A stretch of DNA of 64,000 bases, taken from positions 117,610,983-117,674,982 of the forward strand of contig NC_068982.1 in the NCBI RefSeq assembly GCF_001194135.2, read 5' to 3'. The notes under the pieces were generated by a model, which had not been told where the DNA came from, ran no database searches, and saw only the letters and a list, made by a program, of their open reading frames with translations. This DNA comes from Octopus bimaculoides. Its lineage: Eukaryota. Of this stretch, positions 27,721-39,630 are shown one piece after another. The translations under genes were made by a program, and so were the position numbers. How positions within the stretch are numbered: the stretch's first letter is position 1; the number at the start of each line of letters is the position of its first letter.

Positions 27721-27875
27721 TCAAATACTCTCTATCTCTATCTCTCTCTTACCCTCACCCTATCCATCATTCCCCTAGACATATCTTCCGTTCAGACATG
27801 TTTAATTTTAGCAGTGATATCTTCGAAAAATATGTCGGAAGTAAAAGAATTAGAATAACACATGCGTTCAACTCC

Positions 27876-27917
<42 letters not shown>

Positions 27918-28179
27918 CATGCTGAGAGCAATTTAGGTCTTAATAGACACAAGATGTGATCTATTTCTAGCACATTAATTGTCCACGTTAGTGGTCAACG
28001 TTATTTTTAAAAATGTACCTTAATCCCCTGAGATTGCAGATATTATTTCTGAATCTCTTTGATTCATTTTCTGCAGATATATTCCTGGAATTAGCGCGCC
28101 AAAACGAAGACTTTTGAATTTCACCATTAAGCTGTTATTAGCAGAACCATATACACGCGGTGGGCAACTTTGTATACAA

Positions 28180-28390
28180 TTCTGATGATTGCGGTTACAT
28201 TACAGATCAGGCTGAAGAGGAATGGACAATCGGTAAGATTTGTTAAATCCGAAACCGTGTTCCTTTCTGTAGAAGAGCTTAGGCTCGAAACGTTAAAGAC
28301 TTTCTCAATTCCAGAGCGTTATACTAATACATCTATTTGTTTTCAAAACCACCTGTCTTCGTTTGTTGTTTTTTTGTAAATTCTACCTGT
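28180..28390 (+). mobile_element. Penelope-like element terminal-repeat (pLTR) remnant
   Basis: Two tandem CTGA(A)GA...CGAAAC-type motifs, then a T-rich tail ending in (TA)n. Minimal hammerheads in pLTRs are an established feature of Penelope-like elements. No PLE ORF recognised. Confidence 0.55.
28201..28271 (+). ncRNA. Type I hammerhead ribozyme motif (possibly decayed)
   Basis: Stem I TACAGATCAGG (28201-28211) pairs with CCTTTCTGTA (28262-28271). Core CTGAAGA at 28212-28218; long imperfect stem II at 28219-28250; GAAA at 28251-28254; minimal stem III C-CGT-G; GUU triplet at 28259-28261. Confidence 0.6.
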
Positions 28391-28641
28391 ATATATATAT
28401 AATTATTACAAATTAAAAGGGTAAAGGTTTATCAATTTATTAATTTATTAATAAATCAACAATTAATAATTTTTACCAAGCCCTTCGGTATGTAAGCACC
28501 ATTATCGGTGGAGAACTTATTTAAAAGTTCTTATATATTTATAAACATAATTAAGGGATCAGCAAAATATTTGCTTCACCACATACCGAAGTTCAGAAAT
28601 AGCACCTAAAAATCTGAGACTCCAACAGATAGCATTACCTG

Positions 28642-29526
28642 NNNNNNNNNNNNNNNNNNNNNNNNNNNNNNNNNNNNNNNNNNNNNNNNNNNNNNNNNNN
28701 NNNNNNNNNNNNNNNNNNNNNNNNNNNNNNNNNNNNNNNNNNNNNNNNNNNNNNNNNNNNNNNNNNNNNNNNNNNNNNNNNNNNNNNNNNNNNNNNNNNN
28801 NNNNNNNNNNNNNNNNNNNNNNNNNNNNNNNNNNNNNNNNNNNNNNNNNNNNNNNNNNNNNNNNNNNNNNNNNNNNNNNNNNNNNNNNNNNNNNNNNNNN
28901 NNNNNNNNNNNNNNNNNNNNNNNNNNNNNNNNNNNNNNNNNNNNNNNNNNNNNNNNNNNNNNNNNNNNNNNNNNNNNNNNNNNNNNNNNNNNNNNNNNNN
29001 NNNNNNNNNNNNNNNNNNNNNNNNNNNNNNNNNNNNNNNNNNNNNNNNNNNNNNNNNNNNNNNNNNNNNNNNNNNNNNNNNNNNNNNNNNNNNNNNNNNN
29101 NNNNNNNNNNNNNNNNNNNNNNNNNNNNNNNNNNNNNNNNNNNNNNNNNNNNNNNNNNNNNNNNNNNNNNNNNNNNNNNNNNNNNNNNNNNNNNNNNNNN
29201 NNNNNNNNNNNNNNNNNNNNNNNNNNNNNNNNNNNNNNNNNNNNNNNNNNNNNNNNNNNNNNNNNNNNNNNNNNNNNNNNNNNNNNNNNNNNNNNNNNNN
29301 NNNNNNNNNNNNNNNNNNNNNNNNNNNNNNNNNNNNNNNNNNNNNNNNNNNNNNNNNNNNNNNNNNNNNNNNNNNNNNNNNNNNNNNNNNNNNNNNNNNN
29401 NNNNNNNNNNNNNNNNNNNNNNNNNNNNNNNNNNNNNNNNNNNNNNNNNNNNNNNNNNNNNNNNNNNNNNNNNNNNNNNNNNNNNNNNNNNNNNNNNNNN
29501 NNNNNNNNNNNNNNNNNNNNNNNNNN
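28642..29526. other. Largest assembly gap (885 N); one of 12 gaps, most adjoining (TA)n or other microsatellites
   Basis: Other N-runs: 10706-10715, 17590-17872, 19310-19319, 21470-21503, 23389-23523, 32671-33096, 42335-43063, 43706-43917, 46958-47781, 50201-50301, 53916-54360 (edges approximate). Confidence 0.95.
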
Positions 29527-29717
29527 TATATATATGTATGTATGTATAATCAAATGAATAATAAGAGACGATGGATAATTATCAGCTCATTACAACTGTT
29601 TCTTACGCATTATTTAATAGAAGAATAATAGTTAGATGAGATGTAATTTTACAAACAAATGAATATCCCACGAATACAGTCGGGACGTGGATGAAGTTTG
29701 TCAAGGCAAACTATTAA

Positions 29718-29890
29718 ACGAGAGAATGACGTTGAAGGCATTTGTGTTTGTGCGTCTGTCCCCACCACCGCTTGATACCAAATGTTGGTATATCTGCGTC
29801 GCCATAACTTAGCAGTTCCTCCAATGAAACCGATAGAATGGTTACCATGCATAAAAGAATTAAAATTCTTGAAAGCGGTGTTCCAGCATA
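29718..29890 (+). mobile_element. Degenerate SINE family B 3' fragment
   Basis: CCCACCACCGCTTGATACC...CATAACTTAGCAGTTC...ACCGATAGAAT...AAAGCGGTGTTCCAGCAT. Confidence 0.55.
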
Positions 29891-30303
29891 GATTTATATT
29901 CAGTTATTATGGACGAGAATTGTGTTTCATATATACCATTATACGTAGTGTCACATTAGTCCTACAGGGTCTCTAAGTTCCAATCTTTTAGCAGGAAAAA
30001 ATCTTTTTTGGAACGCAAAATATGTAAAGTAGGTTTACATACGTTTTGACATATTTTTTATCGAAAGTATTTTCTTTGCCCCGAAAAACTTTATTCGCGT
30101 TTTTATGCATAATACAAAGAGGGAGAGAGGGGGAGAAAGAGAGAGGGAGAGAGAGAGAAATATGATTCTGTATTTCTTAGAATACTTGGCTTAAATTTAA
30201 TACACTAACATTGCATTCGTATTTCATCTCCGATCTATATGCCAATACAATTTCTCTCTCTTTCTCTCCCTCTCTCTCTCTCTCTCCCTCTCTCTCTCTC
30301 TCC

Positions 30304-30368
<65 letters not shown>

Positions 30369-32539
30369 TTGTATTGATATATCTAACGATATATAACTAT
30401 TTCTATATCTTTATTTATATACTCCGTGTATATGTGCAGAAGTATACATATACGTGTGTGGGATGTGAATGTATGTATATCAGTGCACGTATGCCTGTGT
30501 TTATATGTTTACGTGTACAATGGGAGTGAGAGGGACAGAATATTTTAGGAACGTTTTTTTAACTCTAGCAATTCTTTTCCTATCCATTAACGCCTACTGA
30601 TTGACGTGTACAGATTTTCTTCTATATTTTGAAATTTGAGAGTTATAAATCGACAGACGTAGCATTCTGTTGAAATATTTAAAAAAATGATGGTAACTAA
30701 CACACACTTTCAATGTTCGATAATATTTCCTTTTTATTAGATAACGTTGTGCTGTTCCTTGCAGTAGGCAAATATAGGCTGGCCTTTGAAAATTGTTTTG
30801 CTTTGAGCTCGATTCGTGATAACATTTCGTGAAATTAGATTTCCTCTTGACGGATAGAGTTACATTGTTCAGGCTACAAAAATTGTGATTCCATAGAGTG
30901 AGGTCTTAAAATACATTGATTCGTAATGCTGGTTCAATTTGTATTTTTTATTCTTAATATGAAGATTTCTTTTGTTGCATTATGAATGTATGTGCGTGCG
31001 TATCAGTGCTTTTTTTTTTTATATATCTGCAAAGATGTGGACTTTAAGAGGTGAATCACAAATGTAACCCTTTAATATTTCTTTATTTGAATATCGTGTG
31101 TCATAAACGAATATATCATGCTTACCCTCTGGGGATCATACTTCTTCCGTCTCCGTTACTGAATATAAATAACGGCTCAATCATTACTAAACAAATCTTG
31201 CACAAGGACTAAAACAAAAGTACAAGTCCTAAGTGTGTAAGCTGAAAATCTCACTAGTTAAAATAGGGAAACACTGAAGCCAGAGAAGAATGTAGTTTTA
31301 GTTTACTTAATCTATGATGCATTGCAGCACTTGTGTATATTTACATTCTAAATTATCAAAAATACTATCTTTCATATAAATTTCTCGCCTTTTTCAGCTT
31401 CGCTGCAATCATCGGCAACATCACAGTTACAACGATCGTTACTATATTTTTTCCCCTCCAGTGTCTTTGCAGCAACAACTAGTGAGTATACCTCTATCAC
31501 CCATAGCTTTAATAGAAGCAGTGTATATCCACTGCTACAATTTGACAGCTGCACACCACCAAACACGCTACAGCCTCTGATATTACTGGTATCATTTCGA
31601 GAATGGCTGCTGCTACAATGATAACCTATTCATATCACCATTACACGCTCGGACACCACAGAGTCACTGTCCACACAACAATCAAGATAACCGGTCCTCT
31701 GTAGGTTAACATTTCTTAATTGTTTTCTTTTGTTGATTGTTTTGCGCCTGGAATACATAATCGTTATTGAATATTTTCGTCTTATATGAATCTTTACTTT
31801 AATATTCTATTATTCTACTTCTTTGTTACAATGCTTCACGCAAGCTACAACGCTTTTCTTTCATCCGCAGGACAAGTATGTAACGGCCAGAGAATTATTC
31901 ATACTATCAGAGAAAGATGTCAAGACTGGTTCACAAGTCTTATCCCTCAAACCATGTTTGAGGTAAAGTCCTACTCCAGATATTTTCCGCAACATTCACG
32001 TGTCTAAATATTTCCACCTACGAGGTTTCCCAACTTTCTTCGAATTCCTTGCCCCACTTCTGTACCAAGAAGCCCATGCGATACAGGCATTAAGACCTTC
32101 GAACGACTATACCCCCACCACTTGCAGCAGTTATCAGTTCCTATTATTATTACACCTGGCACTCAAATGCCTCCACAGATTTGTTGAACTTGGAAAAACA
32201 CAAACGTAATAGAGGTTACTCTTACTCAACAACTAGCAGCCTCTAGTAACCTCTCAAAAGCTTTGGCGCACCCCAACCTAAATACTGGACCACGACATCA
32301 CTCACTTACTTGTACCTACGCCGATCTGCAGATCAACAACAACTAGGACTTAGTTAACGGAACTAATGAAAACCTGTTTCAACGAAGACATCTAGCTCAA
32401 ACAAACTCCACTGCTACAAATTAAAGGAAGCAAGATCTCTCAAACATCAGTTGATATATATATATATGTTAAATCTCCGAACGATGTATTAACAGTAACT
32501 GCACGATAAAGTGAAGTATATTTGCCACTTAAATGTGGC

Positions 32540-32670
32540 TGACCCCGAGGGATGGATGTTACTGTTGCTTTTAGCCCCAGGAGGACATCTCCTCCAGCTG
32601 GCTATCGACACACATCTGTGCCCTGTCTGTATTTGCCAAGGGAAGTTATCCTTCCCATCTTGATCTACGA
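32540..32670 (+). repeat. Dispersed repeat related to the 35250-35478 unit
   Basis: TTTAGCCCCAGGAGGACATCTCCTCCAGCTGGCTATCGACAC matches TTTAGCCCCAGGAGACATCGTCTCTAGCTGGCTATACGACAC at about 35307-35348. Confidence 0.7.
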
Positions 32671-33095
32671 NNNNNNNNNNNNNNNNNNNNNNNNNNNNNN
32701 NNNNNNNNNNNNNNNNNNNNNNNNNNNNNNNNNNNNNNNNNNNNNNNNNNNNNNNNNNNNNNNNNNNNNNNNNNNNNNNNNNNNNNNNNNNNNNNNNNNN
32801 NNNNNNNNNNNNNNNNNNNNNNNNNNNNNNNNNNNNNNNNNNNNNNNNNNNNNNNNNNNNNNNNNNNNNNNNNNNNNNNNNNNNNNNNNNNNNNNNNNNN
32901 NNNNNNNNNNNNNNNNNNNNNNNNNNNNNNNNNNNNNNNNNNNNNNNNNNNNNNNNNNNNNNNNNNNNNNNNNNNNNNNNNNNNNNNNNNNNNNNNNNNN
33001 NNNNNNNNNNNNNNNNNNNNNNNNNNNNNNNNNNNNNNNNNNNNNNNNNNNNNNNNNNNNNNNNNNNNNNNNNNNNNNNNNNNNNNNNNNNNNNN

Positions 33096-33127
<32 letters not shown>

Positions 33128-35118
33128 ACATATATATATATTATAAAAGTTTAAAGTTAAATCAATAAAGGTATCAGAAGAAAAGTGAGAAATGAATTAT
33201 CCGGATCGCATTTCTGTCATTTTAATTGTATATTATATTGCCTGCTTGCAATGAATACTGAGTGCGAATGAGCACTGAATAACCCGCTAGATTCGTGTGA
33301 TTAAAATAGTGGTATCATCGGTTGTCAGAGAACACTTACGTTAAAGTGGCGATAAACACTACTAATCCATACCTAATTCATGCATAAATACATATTTGCT
33401 GGATAAAAGTCATCATTCTAAAAACTAAAAATCACGTTTAAAGGATGTCGTACACAAAATAGGATCAGACCGCTCTGCATTTCTATAACTTTCAAACCGC
33501 GTCTGTAACAGCAAAAGTCTTAACCTCAAATCTTAAATGATAGTTTACCACACTGTATTGATATACAGTTTTGAAATATGTCAGGTGTTCAAATGATTTT
33601 ACCGTTTCCATCAACGAGTGTTTCGCGTCGAAGTGAAGGGACTATTATCGTTAAACACAGCTACATTTGTGTCTAAATCAAGCATATCTCATCCATGCAA
33701 AAATATTTACTTCGTTTGTATTCTGCTTCGTAAAGGAGCTGCTGGATAATCAGGTGCAGAAATATTTCCTCACTGGCAAACTCTCTTGTTATCTGCTTTC
33801 TATTTGTAATTTATTTTGTTGCTGTTAAAGCGTGTTAAAAGATTTTATATTTTCGTTATAACTGCGAAATAATCATAAATGTGTTCGTTGGGGGCTGTGA
33901 GCTTTTCTAATATTTACACTTTGAGTCGATCATTGAATTTCCGTAAAAGTTATAATTTAGTTCCAAAATTGTACTTTCCCCTTTTGTTTTGGTTTTTTTT
34001 TGTGGCATAGACAGGAATGGTGCACACTGCAACATTAGACGCCATTGCAACAGCGATAAGTCATGCAACAAATTTTAGCAAAGATAAAATTGTAAGGAGC
34101 ATCATATTTTCACCACTGGATTTAAAACGCAGCATTAACAAGACTTACTAGTTTTCATCTGGAATGCTCCGCGTTACTTTATCATTTAAACACTCTATTT
34201 ATTTATTTATTTATTTATTTATTCATTTTCCAATTCATTATATTTTTCACTTAATACCATATCTGAAAGGTTAAGAGAAATACAACGTTCGCAATGCAAT
34301 ATAACTGAAAGGAAAAAAGAATGGAGCTTAGTACATTCATGGAAGAAAGAGTTTGTCACGTATACAATGCCTTATAAATGTGTTATTTTATATCTGTTAA
34401 AAGATATTTCATTCCTATACCTGCTGTTGTTTATTTTATAATAACTTACGCGAAAGGAGTAAATGTTAATGACGTGTACACATAAAGACTATATATTAGA
34501 TGATGATCGTGAAATGAAAGGTAACTAGATTCATAATTTTTTGTTTGATAGATTTGTATTTGCAAACACACACACGCACTCACACACACACGCACACACA
34601 CATATGCAGATATATTGTGCGATGTGCACACATTCTTTTCTGGTTAAAGACATTGTGTAACTTAAAGGATATAGGGATACATTTTTCCAGTGAAAAATTA
34701 TTAAATCCAAACTTTTCTTGAGTCCCACATACAATATGTGTGTTTAATTAGCAGAATCACTAGAACGTCGGATATAACGCATAAAAGCATATTACGGCTG
34801 TTACTTAACCTAAGATCTATCCTCACGGAAATCAAGTTTGCTTCTGCTGAGGTGTCAGTTAAATTTCATAACGCAATTAAAACGACAGTGGCCTCTGTCC
34901 AATATCAGAAGTTATGTGTCAATATTTGAAAGGCTATTTTTCAGCAACAAAAATGAATGAGCTGTCATGAACGAAAGTTGTAAAGTAGCAAGGTAATAAG
35001 TAGTGAGAGAGAGAGAGAGAGAGAGCGAAAGAGAGAAAGAGAATCAGAGTGAATAAGAATGTGTGGAAGAGTATGAGAATATGTGAAATAGAATGAGAGA
35101 GTAAGAATATGTGTGGAA

Positions 35119-35159
<41 letters not shown>

Positions 35160-35182
35160 AGAAGGGAGAGAGTAGGATTGTG

Positions 35183-35820
35183 TTTATATTAGAAAATTAC
35201 TAATTTTAAATCTCACAACGTGAGATATTCAGCAACAGTACTTTGTTGTAAAGATTGTTTGCCAACATAACATGGCAATCCTTGTTTAGGAATAATGTTG
35301 CTGTAATTTAGCCCCAGGAGACATCGTCTCTAGCTGGCTATACGACACGATCTGTGTCGATCAAGGGAATCTACATTTTCGATCAAGGGAATTTAGCACC
35401 ACACTCAGATGAAAACAGGGTTATTTCTGTTCATCAGCACAGAATAATTGTTCGGCTAGAGGTGGCGCTGCCAAATTCCCGTTGCTGAATATCTCACGTT
35501 ATGAGATTTAAAATTAGTAATTTTCTAATTTATAAATCAGTGACTAGTGGTCACTTTGAAAACTATATATTTCGAACAAGAATTTGGCAGTGCCACGTCT
35601 ACCCGAACAATTATTCAGTGCTGATTAAGAGAAATGACCCAGAAATCGCGATACACAGATATTGTTTTGAGCTGAGTGGGGGTGCTAGATTACCTTGTTC
35701 GAAAATGTAAGGACACAGATCGTTTCATATAGCCAGCTGGAGATGATATCTCATAGGACTAAATTACAGTAAAATTATTCATAAACCAGGATTGCCATGT
35801 TATTTTGGCAAACAATCTTT
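35183..35820. repeat. Overlapping inverted repeats: MITE-like unit plus an inverted copy of its interior
   Basis: 54-bp IR pair at 35183-35236 and 35481-35536. An approximately 230-bp IR pair at 35250-35478 and 35580-35820, roughly 80-85% identical by eye. Confidence 0.85.
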
Positions 35821-37186
35821 ATTGTATTTATATTGTTATCAGTGTGCGTAGACTATGTTTTTTTTTTTTAATTTTATTGGATGAAGAAACACATATTCGT
35901 CATTGATGGAGTCATATCTTTTGAATCATGTGTGGTATGCCAATGACCCAGCAAAAGACAATTCAACATCAGAGGATTATTATATATAACATGAATTTTG
36001 ATATTGAGCGCGGAGAAATGTCAGCCCATGTTTCTTGACGGTATTGTGATTCGTGTTTTTAAGAGACATGAACAGAACGTATTTAATGCGTATTAATACA
36101 TTACATGTTATGTTTATCCAATTTAATTATATTTGCCATTTCACGACTTAGATTCATGATAACAGCAGTTATAAAATAACACGCCAAATATTTTATATGA
36201 AATCATATTTACTCTTGACGAGAGAATCGGGCAATGGTTAAATAATTTAAAACATGATTCAATCAACATCAACTATAAAGACTTGCACCTTGTTGGGTCG
36301 CATAAGCTGAGTCCTAATCGCAAGCAGATAAATGAACTAGCATTATAGCGCAATACACTTAACATGAATAGTGGTAGAAACAAGTCTTAAACGGTGATTT
36401 TTGAATATGAGACTAATTCGTACGTGATATTAATGTATTTTCCCATTCCCTGTGAAGTACAACTCTCGTTTAATAGCAGGGCTATTGAAACGGCTACATA
36501 CGACTATATTTTATTGCTGTGAATTCGGAATGACGTTCTTCCCCACTAAAATTATTGATCAAACGTGCTTGTACATCACTTTCTCTGATGCTGTAGAATA
36601 CTGTTGGTAAAGCCGGATAAGTGGATCTTTTTGGATTTTTTACCTTATTTTCTTCTTGCTATCTCATATATTTCGAGCTGCAAATTTTATGGTCTCAATT
36701 GGTGTCTTCTACACAGCGTTCTTCAGCGAGACATTCACTCAACTGAGGTAACACTTAACCACATTATTATAATTTAGTTTTAGTATCGTATTCGATGGCT
36801 ATGAATTTTACTTTCTCTAAAGCAAAACTTTGCAGATCCTGTAATCCTCCATCTAAACAAGAAGCTTCATCCACTGCATTTTCCCCTCCAAATTGATACA
36901 CTCATTTGTGAGAAAATTTGTGTAGTTGATACTCAGATTATCGCAGTTTGTGAATGTCATAACTTGAACATTTGAACACAAATTTTGCAGACAATGCAGT
37001 GTGAAGATCTTGAAAGTGTACAACTGATAGAATAAAATCGGCTCCCTCGAACACATTTCAGGACCTTCAGGATGCAAAGCAAAATCACTTTACAAGCTTT
37101 TCCTTGTATTCTTAACACAGAAACAGAGAATTCTATCTGTCATTGTCTTCCTTCTACAAACCAACTCTCATCTTATCGTATTTCGC

Positions 37187-37286
<100 letters not shown>

Positions 37287-39012
37287 AGCACAGAAAAATA
37301 ATGAAGTATATGCCACCCTTTGTATGTGATGCAACACCAACAAATCAAGCACATGTGATTTAAACATTCATTCGACAGCCATACATTTACCTATAGAAAC
37401 ACACATATTTGCTAACGTTTCACTCTCTTTCCCATTTTCCCTTTCCATCTCAGGATAACGCCACTTATTTGCTCATGCGAGTAGTGCGCAAAAAGCACAG
37501 TCAGCAAATGACTGAATTTAAAAAAAACGATTATGCGCTTGACATGAACACACACATACACACACATGTACCCCCCCCACACACACACAAGACAATCGGA
37601 GAGCCACTAATGCACCACGTTTTTCATACACATATGTACACATACACAAGCATGTACACATACATGCGTCTCACCATGCTTTCACTCCCTTAAAACACCG
37701 CATGTGCCTTATCCCTCATCTTTCGGCCGACACCTAGACAACCAGGACTACGAATTACCTACATTTCCACATTACATATTTTTGGCCACAGATTTTTGGG
37801 TTGAAACGGGTTGAGTTTGTATGATGTGCGTGAGTGTGAGTATGTTCCTTATGCAGCCAAAACGGATTTGCCAATTGATTTTGACTTTAATTGCATCAAT
37901 ATATTCAGTAAGCTTTTGGCTACCAGCTAAACTATAACTTCATTCACATATTTGCATTACAAAACATTAAGATTATCATTTTTCTTTTAGTCACCTATCG
38001 TAAACGATATTTTATATCACCACCAAAATGAGGATGACGTCACATTTTCTATATGAGTGTGTTCACACGTTCCTTACCTATGTTAGGCCGATGACTGACA
38101 AGTATATGTGTGTGACAGTGTATGTGTCTGTCAGTATACATACATTTTAGTGACGACTGAACGCACGCACTTCTAAAGACAGAAACAGACACATACAGGG
38201 ACAGATATAGGCTTCAGGTGTGCGTTAATGTATATGTCTGCGTGTGTGTCTCTTAGCTTATGTACATAACTCCCCCCTCGCCAACAGTTAAACGCGCCGA
38301 TATTGAAAATTTTCTTGCGGCCTGGAATTCAAACAAACAACAACTTTCATTTTTAAGTATTACCAACAGAAGATTTAGCTGATTTAACACTATTCACAAT
38401 ACTCGCGAATATATCTGAAAAAGATATATTATTCTGGTTATTATAACAAATTGGGAAACTTGGCGAAGTACAAAGCCTCAGCGACTCTCGCAATATAATT
38501 ACAGAAATTATATTCCACTCCTAACCAATTTCATGATATTGTTTTTTAACAGTCCTTGTATTCTTCATCGCTGTGAGTATCAACGTCGCACAACCTTTTT
38601 TACTGCGTTACTCCATATTTATCCTACAGCCTATAATGTTACACAGTTCAAAAACAGCATCGTCGTTTGAATACACTTGGTCCAGTGTTCGTTTCAAAAT
38701 TGTTTAATAAATTATTTTTGTATAAAAAATTAAATTATGCCTTCTAAATTTTCTTGGACTTTCACTTTCTTCACAGTGACATTCATTCAAACCTGAATTT
38801 ATTAACATTTAGTGCATGTTCCAAATAAATGTTGACTTTCTCTGCTTTCTTACATTGATGACGCATATTAACTTTTGCTAAAATGGTGACTTTCCATTTT
38901 TCATATCATAACTATGCTACAAGAAGTATGATTTACACCTATATGAACTACATTTCGTTTCGCTTGAATTTGTGCCTGTAAGTTTTTCTGTTTTCAATAT
39001 TATCAATTCTAT

Positions 39013-39072
<60 letters not shown>

Positions 39073-39119
39073 TTCTGCGTTCGTTACATCTATCGTAAAT
39101 TATAGTAAACAACATTTTA

Positions 39120-39415
39120 CGTTGTTTTAATGACGCCACTTCTATTGAAATAGCCATCCTTATCGTAGGTGATCCCATTGAAAATCATGATATTCTCATT
39201 CGTGTTCAAGATAGCTACCTGGAACGTGTTTTACAGACTCATCCCTCTTATGATGCTCTCCAGTATAATCTTATTCTCTGGAATGGACAACGCTGATATT
39301 ATTTCAATATTTCTATGATTGAACCGTCAACAGGATTGTCAACTATAAACAAAAGGGTGTCGTCAAATTATTTCTATTCTTCCCAACTGATTTTAAGACC
39401 AGAACAATCAAAATC
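39120..39415 (+). mobile_element. Helitron RepHel coding fragment (N-terminal to the Rep motifs)
   Basis: RCFNDATSIEIAILIVGDPIENHDILIRVQDSYLERVLQTHPSYDALQYNLILWNGQR*YYFNISMIEPSTG...KRVSSNYFYSSQLILRP, matching the Helitron RFNAPT.NEVAI...THRSYDALQYPL...GYH pattern. Confidence 0.8.
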
Positions 39416-39630
39416 CTTTATACTATAGGCCAAAAGACTGAAATTTCGGAGGAGGGGACCAGTCGATTACATCAACCCCGATATCTCACTGTTACTGAAT
39501 TTATCGATCTCGAAAGGATGAAAAGCAAAGTTGACCCCGGCGGCATTTGATTTAAAGAACGAAAAGACCGGCGAACAACTGCTCAAGCATTTTGTCCGGC
39601 ATGCTAACGATTCTGTCAGCTCCCCATATT
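39416..39630 (-). mobile_element. SINE family A copy with target-site duplication
   Basis: Family A core. Flanking direct repeats CCAGAACAATCAAAATC (39399-39415) and CCAGAACAATCAAATC (39631-39646). Confidence 0.85.
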
